A stretch of 64,000 bases of DNA. Origin: Promethearchaeota archaeon (GTDB lineage: Archaea; Asgardarchaeota; Lokiarchaeia; Sigyniarchaeales; SOKP01). The DNA lies in NCBI GenBank assembly GCA_048941265.1, contig JBHLNT010000006.1:1-64000 (forward strand), given 5' to 3'. Made by a program: the position numbers and the translations under genes. Under the pieces are notes generated by a model that saw only the letters and a list, made by a program, of their open reading frames with translations, did no database searches and was not told the DNA's origin. Position 1 is the first letter of the stretch; every line of letters starts with the position of its first letter. Below, in pieces: positions 41,441 to 51,723 of this stretch.

Positions 41441-42520
41441 TTAAATCTCTTCAAATGTTTTAAAAAATAAGCCAATTCCTATAATTTTAAAAGTATCTTG
41501 TATATTTATATTATTTAAGGCAGAGGTTTCTATGAAAAAACAGCCTAATTCTTCGGATTTTTTCAGACCCTCTTCTTTAGAAACTTGTCTTTGGTCTTCT
41601 AAATCTATTTTATTTCCTATAAGAACAAAAGGTACGTTTCCTAATTCTTTACGAGCATCTTTATACCAGATATCTATAGCCTCCTCAAATGTCTTTCTTC
41701 GAGTGATATCATAAACCAAAAAAACACATTTCGCTCCAATATAATATTTATGCCTAATTAACTTAAAATATTCTTGACCTGCAATATCATATATCAAGAA
41801 TTTAATAAGTTCATTCTCAAAACCTTGAATATAATATTGTTGACTGGAAATTGAGATTCCTAAAGTGGGTCTATAATCTGAACTTTGCTTTTTCTGAAGA
41901 AAATTATTAACTAAGGTTGTTTTTCCAACCGCAGCAGAACCTAATACGATTAGTTTAAAAGCATGCCTTCTTGGTTTTTCGCTACTTATGCGATGTGTTA
42001 ATTTAGCACTCATATTTAATGATTTTGACGGATCGACAGCATGACGATTCAATTCTAGGGAAAATTCACCGCTAATGTTTAAATCTGGAATTTTTAAACT
42101 ATTATATTTAGGATCAAAACTATTTTCTAAAATTTGAGCAATTTTCTCCACGACTAGATATGCAATTGGAAAAAATTTATTTAAATCTATATCAAGATTA
42201 CAAACACATAATAAAATAGCTTCAGGACCAGACTCAAGATAAACAATTCGATTATTAGGAGTTTCAAATGAACCTGTGCCAAATTGACCAATTTGATATT
42301 CTAATGATATCTTATTTAATAATTCTTCAATGGTTGCTGAAATTGGAGAATGAATCTCTTTTGATTTGATATCATTAATTTTATTATTTAGTTTCAATTC
42401 GCCATATTTTGCGATTAATAGCCCTTGTCGTGAATAGAGAAAGACAATCTCGATATCGTTTCGTGCATCAATAAAATTCTTTAATAATTGAGAAATTCTT
42501 TCTTGCTTTATAATTACCAT
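41441..42520 (-). CDS. Roadblock/LC7-like domain fused to Rab-like small GTPase
   Basis: N-terminal 'IEIVFLYSRQGLLIA' roadblock-like domain; GSAAVGKT, PTLG, DIAGQE, NKID, SAL. Confidence 0.85.
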   Translation of the reverse strand: MVIIKQERISQLLKNFIDARNDIEIVFLYSRQGLLIAKYGELKLNNKINDIKSKEIHSPISATIEELLNKISLEYQIGQFGTGSFETPNNRIVYLESGPEAILLCVCNLDIDLNKFFPIAYLVVEKIAQILENSFDPKYNSLKIPDLNISGEFSLELNRHAVDPSKSLNMSAKLTHRISSEKPRRHAFKLIVLGSAAVGKTTLVNNFLQKKQSSDYRPTLGISISSQQYYIQGFENELIKFLIYDIAGQEYFKLIRHKYYIGAKCVFLVYDITRRKTFEEAIDIWYKDARKELGNVPFVLIGNKIDLEDQRQVSKEEGLKKSEELGCFFIETSALNNINIQDTFKIIGIGLFFKTFEEI

Positions 42521-42684
42521 TTATCTTTCTAATACTGGATTAGTTTATAGATATAAATTCTACTATCGTATTTCAGTCTGAAAATTAAATGTTTTCAATA
42601 ATTTTAAATCTTTTTTAAAATTTACTTTATTAATAATTTAGACATATTAAAAGATAATTCTATATAATTAACGAGAGAATAAGA

Positions 42685-43374
42685 ATGAATATTGTTGAAG
42701 TTTTAAAGAAAAAAATCGAAAACGGTCAAAATGTTCTTACTGAATTCGAATCCAAAGAGCTTCTTAAGGAAATTGGCATTCCAATCCCTGCTCAGAATCT
42801 TACTAAAACTAAAGATGAAACTTTAGCTGCTGCTGAAAAGATAGGATTTCCAGTAGTTATGAAGCTTATGGCAGAAGATGTCGTCCATAAATCGGATACT
42901 GGAGCAGTAAAGCTAAATATTAAAAATAAGGAAGAAGTAGGAAACGCTTACGATGAATTAATGAAAATACCATCACAATCAGAAAAGCAAATATCAGTTC
43001 AAAAAATGGCTGATGAACCCATAACTGAGCTTATAATTGGTATGACTACAGATGCCCAATTCGGCCCAGCTTTAATGTTTGGAATAGGGGGTATTTTAGT
43101 TGAACTTCTGGAAGATGTAAGTTTTAGAATTGCCCCCATTACGGAATACGATGCGAAAGAGATGATCCATGAAATTAAGGGATTTCCCATTCTAGATGGG
43201 TATAGAGGCAAACCTAAAGCGGATATTGATGCTATCGTTGATGCTTTACTAAAAATATCTGATCTCGTCGTAAAAAACGAGGAGATTTATGAAATGGATT
43301 TAAATCCCGTTTTTATTTACGGAAAAGGATTAATCTGCGTTGATGCCAGGATTATCCTAAAAATGAAAGAATAA
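42685..43374 (+). CDS. Acetate/acyl-CoA ligase (ADP-forming) beta subunit, ATP-grasp
   Basis: LTEFESKELL, GFPVVMK, HKSDTGAV, FGP.LMFG.GG, MDLNP, DARI. Confidence 0.9.
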   Translation: MNIVEVLKKKIENGQNVLTEFESKELLKEIGIPIPAQNLTKTKDETLAAAEKIGFPVVMKLMAEDVVHKSDTGAVKLNIKNKEEVGNAYDELMKIPSQSEKQISVQKMADEPITELIIGMTTDAQFGPALMFGIGGILVELLEDVSFRIAPITEYDAKEMIHEIKGFPILDGYRGKPKADIDAIVDALLKISDLVVKNEEIYEMDLNPVFIYGKGLICVDARIILKMKE

Positions 43375-43379
43375 ACCAA

Positions 43380-44285
43380 TTATATTTTTCTTCTATTTTT
43401 TAAAAATAATAAATCTAAAATCTCTTTATAGCGTTTACATAACGAAATATTCGTAATTTGTGCTACTTTGGCAACCTCTTTTTGGCTAATGGTTATATTT
43501 ATCATTTTACAAACCAAATATAGTGCACTTGCTGCAATAACTCTTGGATCCTTGCCTGTTGAGCAAGATCTTGAGGTAAATGATCTAATTATTTTTATTG
43601 TAGGAGATTCCACCTTAAAATCTAATTTCAATTCCGAAATAAATCTTGGAACGAATAAAATGGGATCTGGAGGAGGAGTTTTTAAATTTAATTCTTTTAT
43701 TAGCGTCTTGTAGCAATTATATATTTCTTTTGAATTTTCATGCTTTAAATTTGCTTTATTTGAAATTTCTTTTAATGATCTTGAGATTTGTTTGACTCTA
43801 CAAACGTAAAATATACAAGCAGCTACCATTCCATTAATACTTCTCCCGCTTAGCATATTATCTTTAAGATATCTTTTGTATAATGTCATTGCCATGTCTT
43901 TAACATAGCGGGGCAATCTCAAACTTGCCGTAATTCGTTTTATTTCATTACCAGAAATAAGAAGATTTTTTTCGTTCCATTCAATTAATTTGTCCTTTTT
44001 TGCAGCTCTTTTTAAATCTGGATTTCTAATATGATTAATTTTTATAATTGTACTTTGATTAAGATTGGAAAAGATAGTTTGAGGGGGACCTGTTGTAAGT
44101 TTTTTTTCTATTTCTTCTGAAGTAAAAAATCTTAGACCAATGTTGAAATTATCAATATTTCTTTCACTTATTATTAATCCACAATTATTACAGATAATTT
44201 CCCCTTTTTCTTGTATAAATGTGTCTTTGCCACCACATTCGAGGCATGTCATTTTCTCAATTGACGGAGAAGAGTCTGCTTCCAT
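43380..44285 (-). CDS. tfb: Transcription initiation factor IIB (TFB) paralog
   Basis: Zn ribbon CLECG...CNNCG, two cyclin repeats (GRS...AAC.F..CR; GKDP...AA.ALY). Confidence 0.88.
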   Translation of the reverse strand: MEADSSPSIEKMTCLECGGKDTFIQEKGEIICNNCGLIISERNIDNFNIGLRFFTSEEIEKKLTTGPPQTIFSNLNQSTIIKINHIRNPDLKRAAKKDKLIEWNEKNLLISGNEIKRITASLRLPRYVKDMAMTLYKRYLKDNMLSGRSINGMVAACIFYVCRVKQISRSLKEISNKANLKHENSKEIYNCYKTLIKELNLKTPPPDPILFVPRFISELKLDFKVESPTIKIIRSFTSRSCSTGKDPRVIAASALYLVCKMINITISQKEVAKVAQITNISLCKRYKEILDLLFLKNRRKI

Positions 44286-44623
44286 ACAAAATGCCTTTTT
44301 TTATGATTTTATAAAAAGAATTGCAGTAAATTAATAAGATATGTCTATAATGTATATGAAAAATGTTATATTTAAACTCACTTTAGTAATTAATAAAAAA
44401 TATTTCTGTTAAATCCATAATACAAAATATTTTATTATTATCACAAATAATTATTGATAATTTTATTTAGGGGAATTAAACATTTAAATAGACAAATTTT
44501 AAAATAATATTTATACCTATAGTTTGTAATAAACATTTAATCTTTAAAAAAAGATAAAAACAAATAGGTAATCTTAATAAAAAATAAATTTAAAATTAGA
44601 AACCTTCGGGGATTAAAATTTAT

Positions 44624-47600
44624 ATATACAATACAAAAAAAAATAAAAGAAGACTGATAATCTTATTTTTACTCCTCGGATTAGCTAATGCAAACTTTTC
44701 TGCGATTAATTTTATTTCTTTCACAGGTGTACCAACAACTAAAAACGGTTCAAATGAGAATAATCCTCCATTAAATGATAACACTCTCGAACTTGCAGCA
44801 TATTCAGACACAACCGAACAAACTGGAAACAATATTGCGATTACTCAGCATCAATCAATTAATAATACAGGTAATCCTTTATATGAAATTACCGATTTTA
44901 ACAGCCTTGAGAACCGTACATTTGAAATTGATTGCCCTACTGATACTGATTTTAAATCTTCATACACCGAAATAAAAGTCAATGATATTTATGCTCCAAA
45001 TATAACACTCGTAGTTGATAATGATATTTCAAATACAGCACCAATTGGTTACAATTATACTGTATCGGGCAGCGTTTATGCATCATTTCGAACTAACGGA
45101 GGTGTGGGTTATTTAGATAATTTTACTTTTTATGCTGCAAAAGGAGGAGCTACTGGTTGTACGTTCAATATTTATCTATACACTGCAAAATTGCTATCAG
45201 GATTTCCTGCTCCTGACACTATGATAACTGGTAGTAGTATAGGTTCAGGTTCTCTTACATCAGAAATACAAAATTGGGTCACAATCACAGGTTTACATAC
45301 TTTATTTAATTCTTCCTCCTTAGAAACTTATGACAATACATTCTTTATAAGAATACAGATTACTGGTGCAGAGAATATAATTTGGAATGGTAATTATGAT
45401 CGATCTGCTCTTTTTGATGGAAAAGACGAAACACAAGTATATGATAATCCTACAACAAGAACTTATATCCCACCATTTATTGATAGTTATGTAGATCTAA
45501 ACTTTAAAGTCGGCCTAGGTTTCCCTGATAATACACCTGCACCAAAAGATTTAGCGATGACAATAAATAATACGGAAGTGAGCAATGGAGTTGACAATTC
45601 TGGAACATGGACAAATAATACTGTCTTACCCAGATCAAATAATCAATTAAATTTTACTATTGATTCTGATTGGTGGAACGTGACCTGCACCATAACCAAA
45701 ATACAGGTCAACTATACCAAGACCAGTGTATACGGAATTGCTAACTTTACAGCATCGACAATTGATGATACAATATATTGGAATGTTACAATGAGTGATT
45801 TAATCAATGACTTTGAAGGAAAATTCGAAAATCCCTATATAAATTTCACAGTACCGTCTCACTGGCAAAATGTTAAAGTTTGGAATGGAGGTACGCAAAT
45901 GGCGATAAGTACAACAAGGCTGTTGGGGACTGGATATAACGAATTACAAATCCTTAATGCTAATAATGGAAACTTCTGGTTCTTGAACGCTACGACTACA
46001 AATATGATAGAAGGAACAGATGGTATAAAGACTTATGATGATTTGGGTGTCAATGTGAATCAGATTAATTATACAAATACGATGGAAATTAATGCAACTT
46101 TAATACAAGACATAGCTTCGAATAATGGATATCTGAATTTAACGATATATAATGGGATTCCGCCATATTATGTGAATTATTCAAGCAATCCGACGACATT
46201 TGAGGGAATTCGAGAAATTACCGTCGATGACTGGGATATGACTACTGTAGATGAGTATGGAAACTATAGAATACAAGTATTGTGGCAAAATGGTACTGAT
46301 GTTGGATTTCGAGAAAAGATGATTAGAGTAGTAGGTGAAACAGATATGATTCTGACTACTCCCGCAGTGAACACGTTCAATGCTGATCAGGTCTTTAACA
46401 TTACTGTGTTTAATAATGATACGGGAAAAGATAAAGGATATATACCAACATTATTTACATATACGCTTGATAATGGTGCACATTGGAGGTCTGGAACTGA
46501 TAATATCACTGCAACCTCAACTCCAGGTGAATATAACATCACTATTCATTGTAATGACACTCAATTTAACGGATACGGCCCGAAAACTATACGAATCAAT
46601 GCTAATAGGGAATCCTACTATAATCAATCCAAAACATTCGATATAAATATTTTAGCAGTGACATCTTACTCATTAATAGGAAGTGGTGGAAAATCTGATT
46701 TTAATTCAAATGAAGTTTTTAATATTACAATTGAATATTGGGATGATGAATTAGATGAGGGAATTGATACCAATGAGATAGAGTATAGACTAAATAATAC
46801 AGCAGATTTTCAATCAAGTAATATTCAAAACATAGGGAATGGTCAATATAATATTACAGTTTATTGTAATGATATTTCTTTTGGGGCATATGGTCCACAG
46901 TCCATCCTAATTAATATTAATAAGACATACTATCATAACCATACTCGAACTGTTGGTTTTAATATTACAGGAGTAACTAATATAAATATCGATTATCCTA
47001 ATCCAAATACTCAATTCCTAACATCAAAGATATTTAATATTACAGTAAATTTCCAAGATACTTCAAGAACTCAAGGGGATATAGCAGATGCATACATTTA
47101 TTATAAGCTTAATGATACTGAAAATTATAGAGATATTCCAAGTGATTGGAAATATATTGGCAATGGACAATATAATATAACCATTGACGGGAGTGATATA
47201 GCATTTAATGGAAATCCATATGGTTTATACACAATAACAGTAAATGCGAGTAAACAATATTATGAAAACAAAAGTAGATCAATTAATATAATAATCATAG
47301 GAGATACTTCATTAGCAGCAATAAGTCCGTCTCAAGGGGGATATTATAGTCCAGGCGGGGATCCTTTCAATATCACAGTAGAATATAAAGATGCCATAAG
47401 ATCCCAGGACATAATTGGCGCAAATATCGTATGTAGGCTTAATGATACTGGTGCTCTCTTCCGTTCGGATATTGTCAAGTATATCGGCAATGATCAATAT
47501 AATATTACAATAAATCCAGACGATGTAGATATAAGAAATATATATGGACCTATTAATGTTGTGATAAACGCCTCTAATACATTCTATAGAAATAGATCAA

Positions 47601-49780
47601 TCACTTTTAATTTCAATAGAGTGATTACTACGCAGATTACATCTCCTGATAATCCTCCAAATCCTAACAATGTTAATCTCGGTTGGATTTTCAGAGAACA
47701 AAATGTTTCATATGTGTTTTATTATAATACTACACTTGGAGATCCAATAAATAGTGCTGATAGGGAAGTTTTAGAAAATGATGGAGGCTTTATTTATTCT
47801 ATTCTTGATTTAGGAAATGGTAAATACAACGTCAGTTTGGATTCGACTGGTATGAAAGCCCAAGTAATTCCGTATACATTTAAGTTTAGAATTTCAGCAA
47901 CAGGAAATCAATCTCAGGAAATTACCTTGACAATACAAGTCTTACTACCAAATACAAAGATTGATATGAAAACTGATATTTCCGATTTTCAAGTTCCAGT
48001 TGGATTCAATATAACTTTGGAATTTAACTTTACAGACGACTATCATGGGGGAAGAATAGAGTCCATTACATCTGAGAATGTGACTGTTGAATATTATGAT
48101 GGTATTGGTTGGGTTGATTACAATATTACTTATGGAGGTAATCCTAATTTTCCTAATGGAGCATGGGAATTATACAATCTCACTAAAGGACAATATCGCT
48201 TAAATATTACAACGTGGAAATTAGGTAATGGTAATAGATATACCATACGGATAAAAATTTCGTATATTTCTTCGAATCCTGGACGATATAATGATAGTAT
48301 AATCGAAATTAACAACTTTTTATATGGTACCTCTTCAATTATTCCACCTGATGGTGGAGGTGGTGGAGGTGGCGGTGGAGGTGGGGGCACAACTGTAACA
48401 GGAATTGCTCCTGAAACACTTATGCTCTACATTATAATCATAGCTGCCGTAGTTGGGCTTGTAGCTGCTATTGTAGGTGTACAAAAAGGTGTAATAGCGC
48501 CTAAAAAGCGAGAAAAAGAGAGAGTACTAAGAGAAGTAACAACGGTCTTTGATGATGCCATAAATTTAGAGCATTTACTCGTCATTTTTAAGGGTACTGG
48601 AACGTGTATATTCTTTAAATCGTATGGAATGGAGGAAATTGACCCTGAATTAATTAGTGGATTTTTAACTGCTGTATCTTCTTTCGGAAGAGAAATGGAT
48701 TCCCAAGAAGCACTAAATGAAATCAAATACGGTGATAAAATGCTTTTGTTAGCCGATGGGGAATATATTAGAGTTGCTTTAGTCTTAGAAAAAAGTGCTT
48801 CAATCATATTACGTCAACACTTAAAAGATTTCATTGATGCTTTTGAAGTAGCATATGCTAATGCCTTACCAAAGTGGAGGGGACAAATAAATGTCTTCAA
48901 AGATGCGGGAGATTTAGTTGATGAGAAGTTACATACGTCGATTATTTTGCCTCATGAAATTAAATATGATTTAGGAAAAGTTAAAGCTCTGAAAAATCCT
49001 CACTCTAAGGATGTTTTGAAAATCGCAAACGGTTTAGTGGCAGAATCAGATCGTAAATTCTTCTTTATAGCAACTCTATTAATTGAAGCTGTCGATAAAA
49101 CAGGAAAAGATAAGGCAGAGATCTTTATGGGTATTAAGGAACTAAGAGATTCCGGTTTATTATCACCAATTCAAATAACAACCATTGAAGAGCAACCAAT
49201 TTCTCAACAAGAAATGAATCTTATAAGACAAAAACTTCAATCAATACCAGGACTAACAGATCAAGAACGCCAAAAGTTGGTAACCGATGTTGCAAAAATG
49301 AGCCCTGCAGAGAGAGAAGCTTATATTACAAGTTTGGCTGAGAAAAAGGAAATCGTATCTGCTCCTATTATATCGAAAGCTGGAGCTGTAGTAATAGATA
49401 ATATCAAATCTGCAAAGAGGGAAGTTTCAAATCTCAGAAAGAAAGCCAAATCAGAAGTTAAAAGGAAAAATATTGAAAAAGGCATTGGAATTTATCGAGA
49501 AGCCGCGGTTATCGCAACGAATTGGGATTTAACAAAAGAATTTGAAGTTATTGAAGATGAAATTAGAATAATCACAATCAGCGATTTAAAATCAAAAATG
49601 AAAGTCTTAGAAGCGGAAGCTAAATTAGCAGCCAAAGCAGGTGATTATGCCGAAGCTGCTGAAAAATATAGTATTGCATCGGAGGCTGCATCAGAGATTT
49701 TCAAGCTAGGAATTACAGAAATGACTAAAGAAGTAAAACGACTAACAAATAAATCTAAAGAATTTGAAAGACTAAGTTAA
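44624..49780 (+). CDS. Giant single-pass surface protein: signal peptide, repeated beta-rich ectodomain, poly-Gly linker, TM helix, cytoplasmic longin-like and helical domains
   Basis: Frame of ORF 45104 is open back to TAG at 44597 and encodes 'KKNKRRLIILFLLLGLANANFSA'; the start is non-canonical (ATA 44624 or ATT 44618 after GGGGA); TM 'LYIIIIAAVVGLVAAIVGV'; longin-like 'LLVIFKGTGTCIF...DPELISGFLTAVSSFGRE'. Confidence 0.75.
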   Translation: MYNTKKNKRRLIILFLLLGLANANFSAINFISFTGVPTTKNGSNENNPPLNDNTLELAAYSDTTEQTGNNIAITQHQSINNTGNPLYEITDFNSLENRTFEIDCPTDTDFKSSYTEIKVNDIYAPNITLVVDNDISNTAPIGYNYTVSGSVYASFRTNGGVGYLDNFTFYAAKGGATGCTFNIYLYTAKLLSGFPAPDTMITGSSIGSGSLTSEIQNWVTITGLHTLFNSSSLETYDNTFFIRIQITGAENIIWNGNYDRSALFDGKDETQVYDNPTTRTYIPPFIDSYVDLNFKVGLGFPDNTPAPKDLAMTINNTEVSNGVDNSGTWTNNTVLPRSNNQLNFTIDSDWWNVTCTITKIQVNYTKTSVYGIANFTASTIDDTIYWNVTMSDLINDFEGKFENPYINFTVPSHWQNVKVWNGGTQMAISTTRLLGTGYNELQILNANNGNFWFLNATTTNMIEGTDGIKTYDDLGVNVNQINYTNTMEINATLIQDIASNNGYLNLTIYNGIPPYYVNYSSNPTTFEGIREITVDDWDMTTVDEYGNYRIQVLWQNGTDVGFREKMIRVVGETDMILTTPAVNTFNADQVFNITVFNNDTGKDKGYIPTLFTYTLDNGAHWRSGTDNITATSTPGEYNITIHCNDTQFNGYGPKTIRINANRESYYNQSKTFDINILAVTSYSLIGSGGKSDFNSNEVFNITIEYWDDELDEGIDTNEIEYRLNNTADFQSSNIQNIGNGQYNITVYCNDISFGAYGPQSILININKTYYHNHTRTVGFNITGVTNINIDYPNPNTQFLTSKIFNITVNFQDTSRTQGDIADAYIYYKLNDTENYRDIPSDWKYIGNGQYNITIDGSDIAFNGNPYGLYTITVNASKQYYENKSRSINIIIIGDTSLAAISPSQGGYYSPGGDPFNITVEYKDAIRSQDIIGANIVCRLNDTGALFRSDIVKYIGNDQYNITINPDDVDIRNIYGPINVVINASNTFYRNRSITFNFNRVITTQITSPDNPPNPNNVNLGWIFREQNVSYVFYYNTTLGDPINSADREVLENDGGFIYSILDLGNGKYNVSLDSTGMKAQVIPYTFKFRISATGNQSQEITLTIQVLLPNTKIDMKTDISDFQVPVGFNITLEFNFTDDYHGGRIESITSENVTVEYYDGIGWVDYNITYGGNPNFPNGAWELYNLTKGQYRLNITTWKLGNGNRYTIRIKISYISSNPGRYNDSIIEINNFLYGTSSIIPPDGGGGGGGGGGGGTTVTGIAPETLMLYIIIIAAVVGLVAAIVGVQKGVIAPKKREKERVLREVTTVFDDAINLEHLLVIFKGTGTCIFFKSYGMEEIDPELISGFLTAVSSFGREMDSQEALNEIKYGDKMLLLADGEYIRVALVLEKSASIILRQHLKDFIDAFEVAYANALPKWRGQINVFKDAGDLVDEKLHTSIILPHEIKYDLGKVKALKNPHSKDVLKIANGLVAESDRKFFFIATLLIEAVDKTGKDKAEIFMGIKELRDSGLLSPIQITTIEEQPISQQEMNLIRQKLQSIPGLTDQERQKLVTDVAKMSPAEREAYITSLAEKKEIVSAPIISKAGAVVIDNIKSAKREVSNLRKKAKSEVKRKNIEKGIGIYREAAVIATNWDLTKEFEVIEDEIRIITISDLKSKMKVLEAEAKLAAKAGDYAEAAEKYSIASEAASEIFKLGITEMTKEVKRLTNKSKEFERLS
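46340..47960 (+). repeat. About 105-110 aa intragenic repeats in the surface-protein ectodomain
   Basis: Recurring FNITV.Y.D...IGNGQYNITI...YGP..I.INA.K.YY.N units (at least 4 clear copies); boundaries approximate. Confidence 0.7.
48353..48388 (+). repeat. GGN codon run encoding a 12-residue poly-Gly linker
   Basis: ggtggaggtggtggaggtggcggtggaggtgggggc shortly before the TM helix. Confidence 0.85.
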
Positions 49781-49830
49781 TTTTTTTTTAAAATTATTTT
49801 TTTTTATTTTCTTTTTACTTATTTTTTTTA
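49781..49830 (+). terminator. Poly-T tract, probable archaeal intrinsic terminator
   Basis: Several long T runs directly after the stop codon. Confidence 0.45.
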
Positions 49831-49971
49831 TTATCCAGTCTAACTCGTTTTAGGTTTTTATTGATATCTGATTTCTATGTAAATTCTTTTTAATTTTAAT
49901 TTATATTGTAATTTTAAATACTATAATTGATTATGAGAACGTAATAAAATCTTTTTTTTAAGGGAGAAAAA

Positions 49972-50205
49972 TTGGAAATTCCAGCTGATGCTGTTGAAAA
50001 CATTGAACGAATTGTGTTGAGAATTCTTTATGATGAAAAAGCGGTAAAATCAACGAATTTATTAGTTGAACGAGTGTTAGCGATAACTTTTGAAGAAAAA
50101 ATTGCCATATCAGAAAAAAATATAAAATTAATAATTAATAAAATGGACCAAGAGGACAAAATACAATTTAGCCAATCTAAAGGAGGTTGGAAAATTAAAA
50201 TTTAA
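49972..50205 (+). CDS. Small winged-helix-like hypothetical protein
   Basis: GGAG SD before TTG; helix-helix-wing pattern ending 'GGWKIKI'. Confidence 0.6.
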   Translation: MEIPADAVENIERIVLRILYDEKAVKSTNLLVERVLAITFEEKIAISEKNIKLIINKMDQEDKIQFSQSKGGWKIKI

Positions 50206-50228
50206 TTTTTTTTTATGGAGAAATCAGA

Positions 50229-51539
50229 TTAAGGTTCCCCAATTCCCCCTTCAGTAATAGTAAACACTGCTTCACTTTCGGGTAAATGTGGAGCATCAAC
50301 AATTTTAGCTATTCTCTGTTCTCCTTTCCCTTTTCTCAAGTAAATCCTAATTGTAGTTCCATGAGCAACAACATGGCCTCCTGTATGAGTAGTAGGATTT
50401 CCATAGAAAACATCTGGTTTAGAAGATACTTGATTTGAAACAACTACTGCAAGGTCATTATGAATATCACATAATCTGAGAAGATCATGAATGTGCTGAT
50501 TAATAAGTTGTTGTCGGTTGGCTAATGTGCCTCTTCCAACATATTCCGATCTAAAATGTCCGATGAGAGAATCAACAATAATTAATTTAATATTCTTTTC
50601 TTTGATAAGATTAGCGCTATCCTTAACCAAGAGTATCTGATGATCACTATTATAAGCACGACCAAAGACAATATTTTTTAAAATTTTCTTATAATCTAAA
50701 TCTAAAGTTTCTGCCATCTGAATTATTCTTTCGGGTCTAAATGTCCCTTCAGTATCAATATAAAGCGCGTTTCCTTCTAATCCTCCTTGGTCTTTTGGCA
50801 ATTGTACATTAACACAAAGCTGATGCATAATCTGAGTCTTTCCTGTCCTAAATTCACCAAAAAATTCAGTAATACTGCCTGTTTCTATACCACCACCTAA
50901 TAGATCGTCAAATTCTTTATTATTTGTTGTGATTCGTGCTATGTTTTTCCTATGCTCCCAAATTTCTTCTCCTGATTTGAATCCAATCCCTAACTTTTCC
51001 ATGCTTGCTTTAATTAACTTAGCCGTAGACTTTTCACCAAGACCACTATCCTCTTGAATTATTCTTGGGGGTGTATATGCTATTGATTCCAAGGAGTTGA
51101 AACCAGCTTTTATCAGTTTATTTAATGTGGCCTCCCCTACACCAGGTAAAGATTTCACAGCTTTTATGCAATCATCAAGACCATTTACTGATGAATCTTC
51201 AATACTTTCATCTTCTAAATCTTCACTTTCGGAATCATCCTCATTATCCTCATCAACAAAAACATCCTCAAAATCAGAATCTTCAATGTTATCTTCATAT
51301 TCTAATTCATTAAATGCTTCAATTAATTCTTTTTCATCATCATAATCTTCAACTTCAGAATCTGAATTTGCTTTAGGGGCTTCAGTTTCGGAATTCCCAT
51401 TCTCTTTTAGCAATTTTATGATATCTTTTTTGCGAGTCTTCGAAGGAACATCAATATCCCTCTCAACAGCATAATTTTTTAAATCTTTAATAGTCATAGA
51501 ATCAAAATCTATAGTTTCTGCTTTAGCCATAATTATCAC
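50229..51539 (-). CDS. radA: DNA repair and recombination protein RadA with N-terminal extension
   Basis: LPGVG HhH, GGGIETG, GEFRTGKTQ, YIDTEGTFRPER, RAYNSDHQ, GRGTLANRQQ. Confidence 0.95.
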   Translation of the reverse strand: MIIMAKAETIDFDSMTIKDLKNYAVERDIDVPSKTRKKDIIKLLKENGNSETEAPKANSDSEVEDYDDEKELIEAFNELEYEDNIEDSDFEDVFVDEDNEDDSESEDLEDESIEDSSVNGLDDCIKAVKSLPGVGEATLNKLIKAGFNSLESIAYTPPRIIQEDSGLGEKSTAKLIKASMEKLGIGFKSGEEIWEHRKNIARITTNNKEFDDLLGGGIETGSITEFFGEFRTGKTQIMHQLCVNVQLPKDQGGLEGNALYIDTEGTFRPERIIQMAETLDLDYKKILKNIVFGRAYNSDHQILLVKDSANLIKEKNIKLIIVDSLIGHFRSEYVGRGTLANRQQLINQHIHDLLRLCDIHNDLAVVVSNQVSSKPDVFYGNPTTHTGGHVVAHGTTIRIYLRKGKGEQRIAKIVDAPHLPESEAVFTITEGGIGEP

Positions 51540-51723
51540 ATTTTAAAAATATTTTTAAGTAGTTTTTATACTTGTTCTTAATTATGATATATCTATAAAC
51601 ATGGATATTTTAAAGAGAGAAGACCATTAATTTTCAAATTTTTATTGAAAATATATAATCTTAAAAAAGTCTTAAAAAATGATCTGATAAATATTGCGTT
51701 TTTGTTAAGTGGAAAAAGAATTT

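Noticed and set aside
44620-44975. Short ORFs 44620..44832 (-) and 44775..44975 (+)
   Set aside because: They overlap the N-terminal extension of the giant surface protein in other frames
48130-48390. Poly-proline ORF on the minus strand (formin/WASP-like appearance)
   Set aside because: It is simply the antisense of the poly-Gly linker
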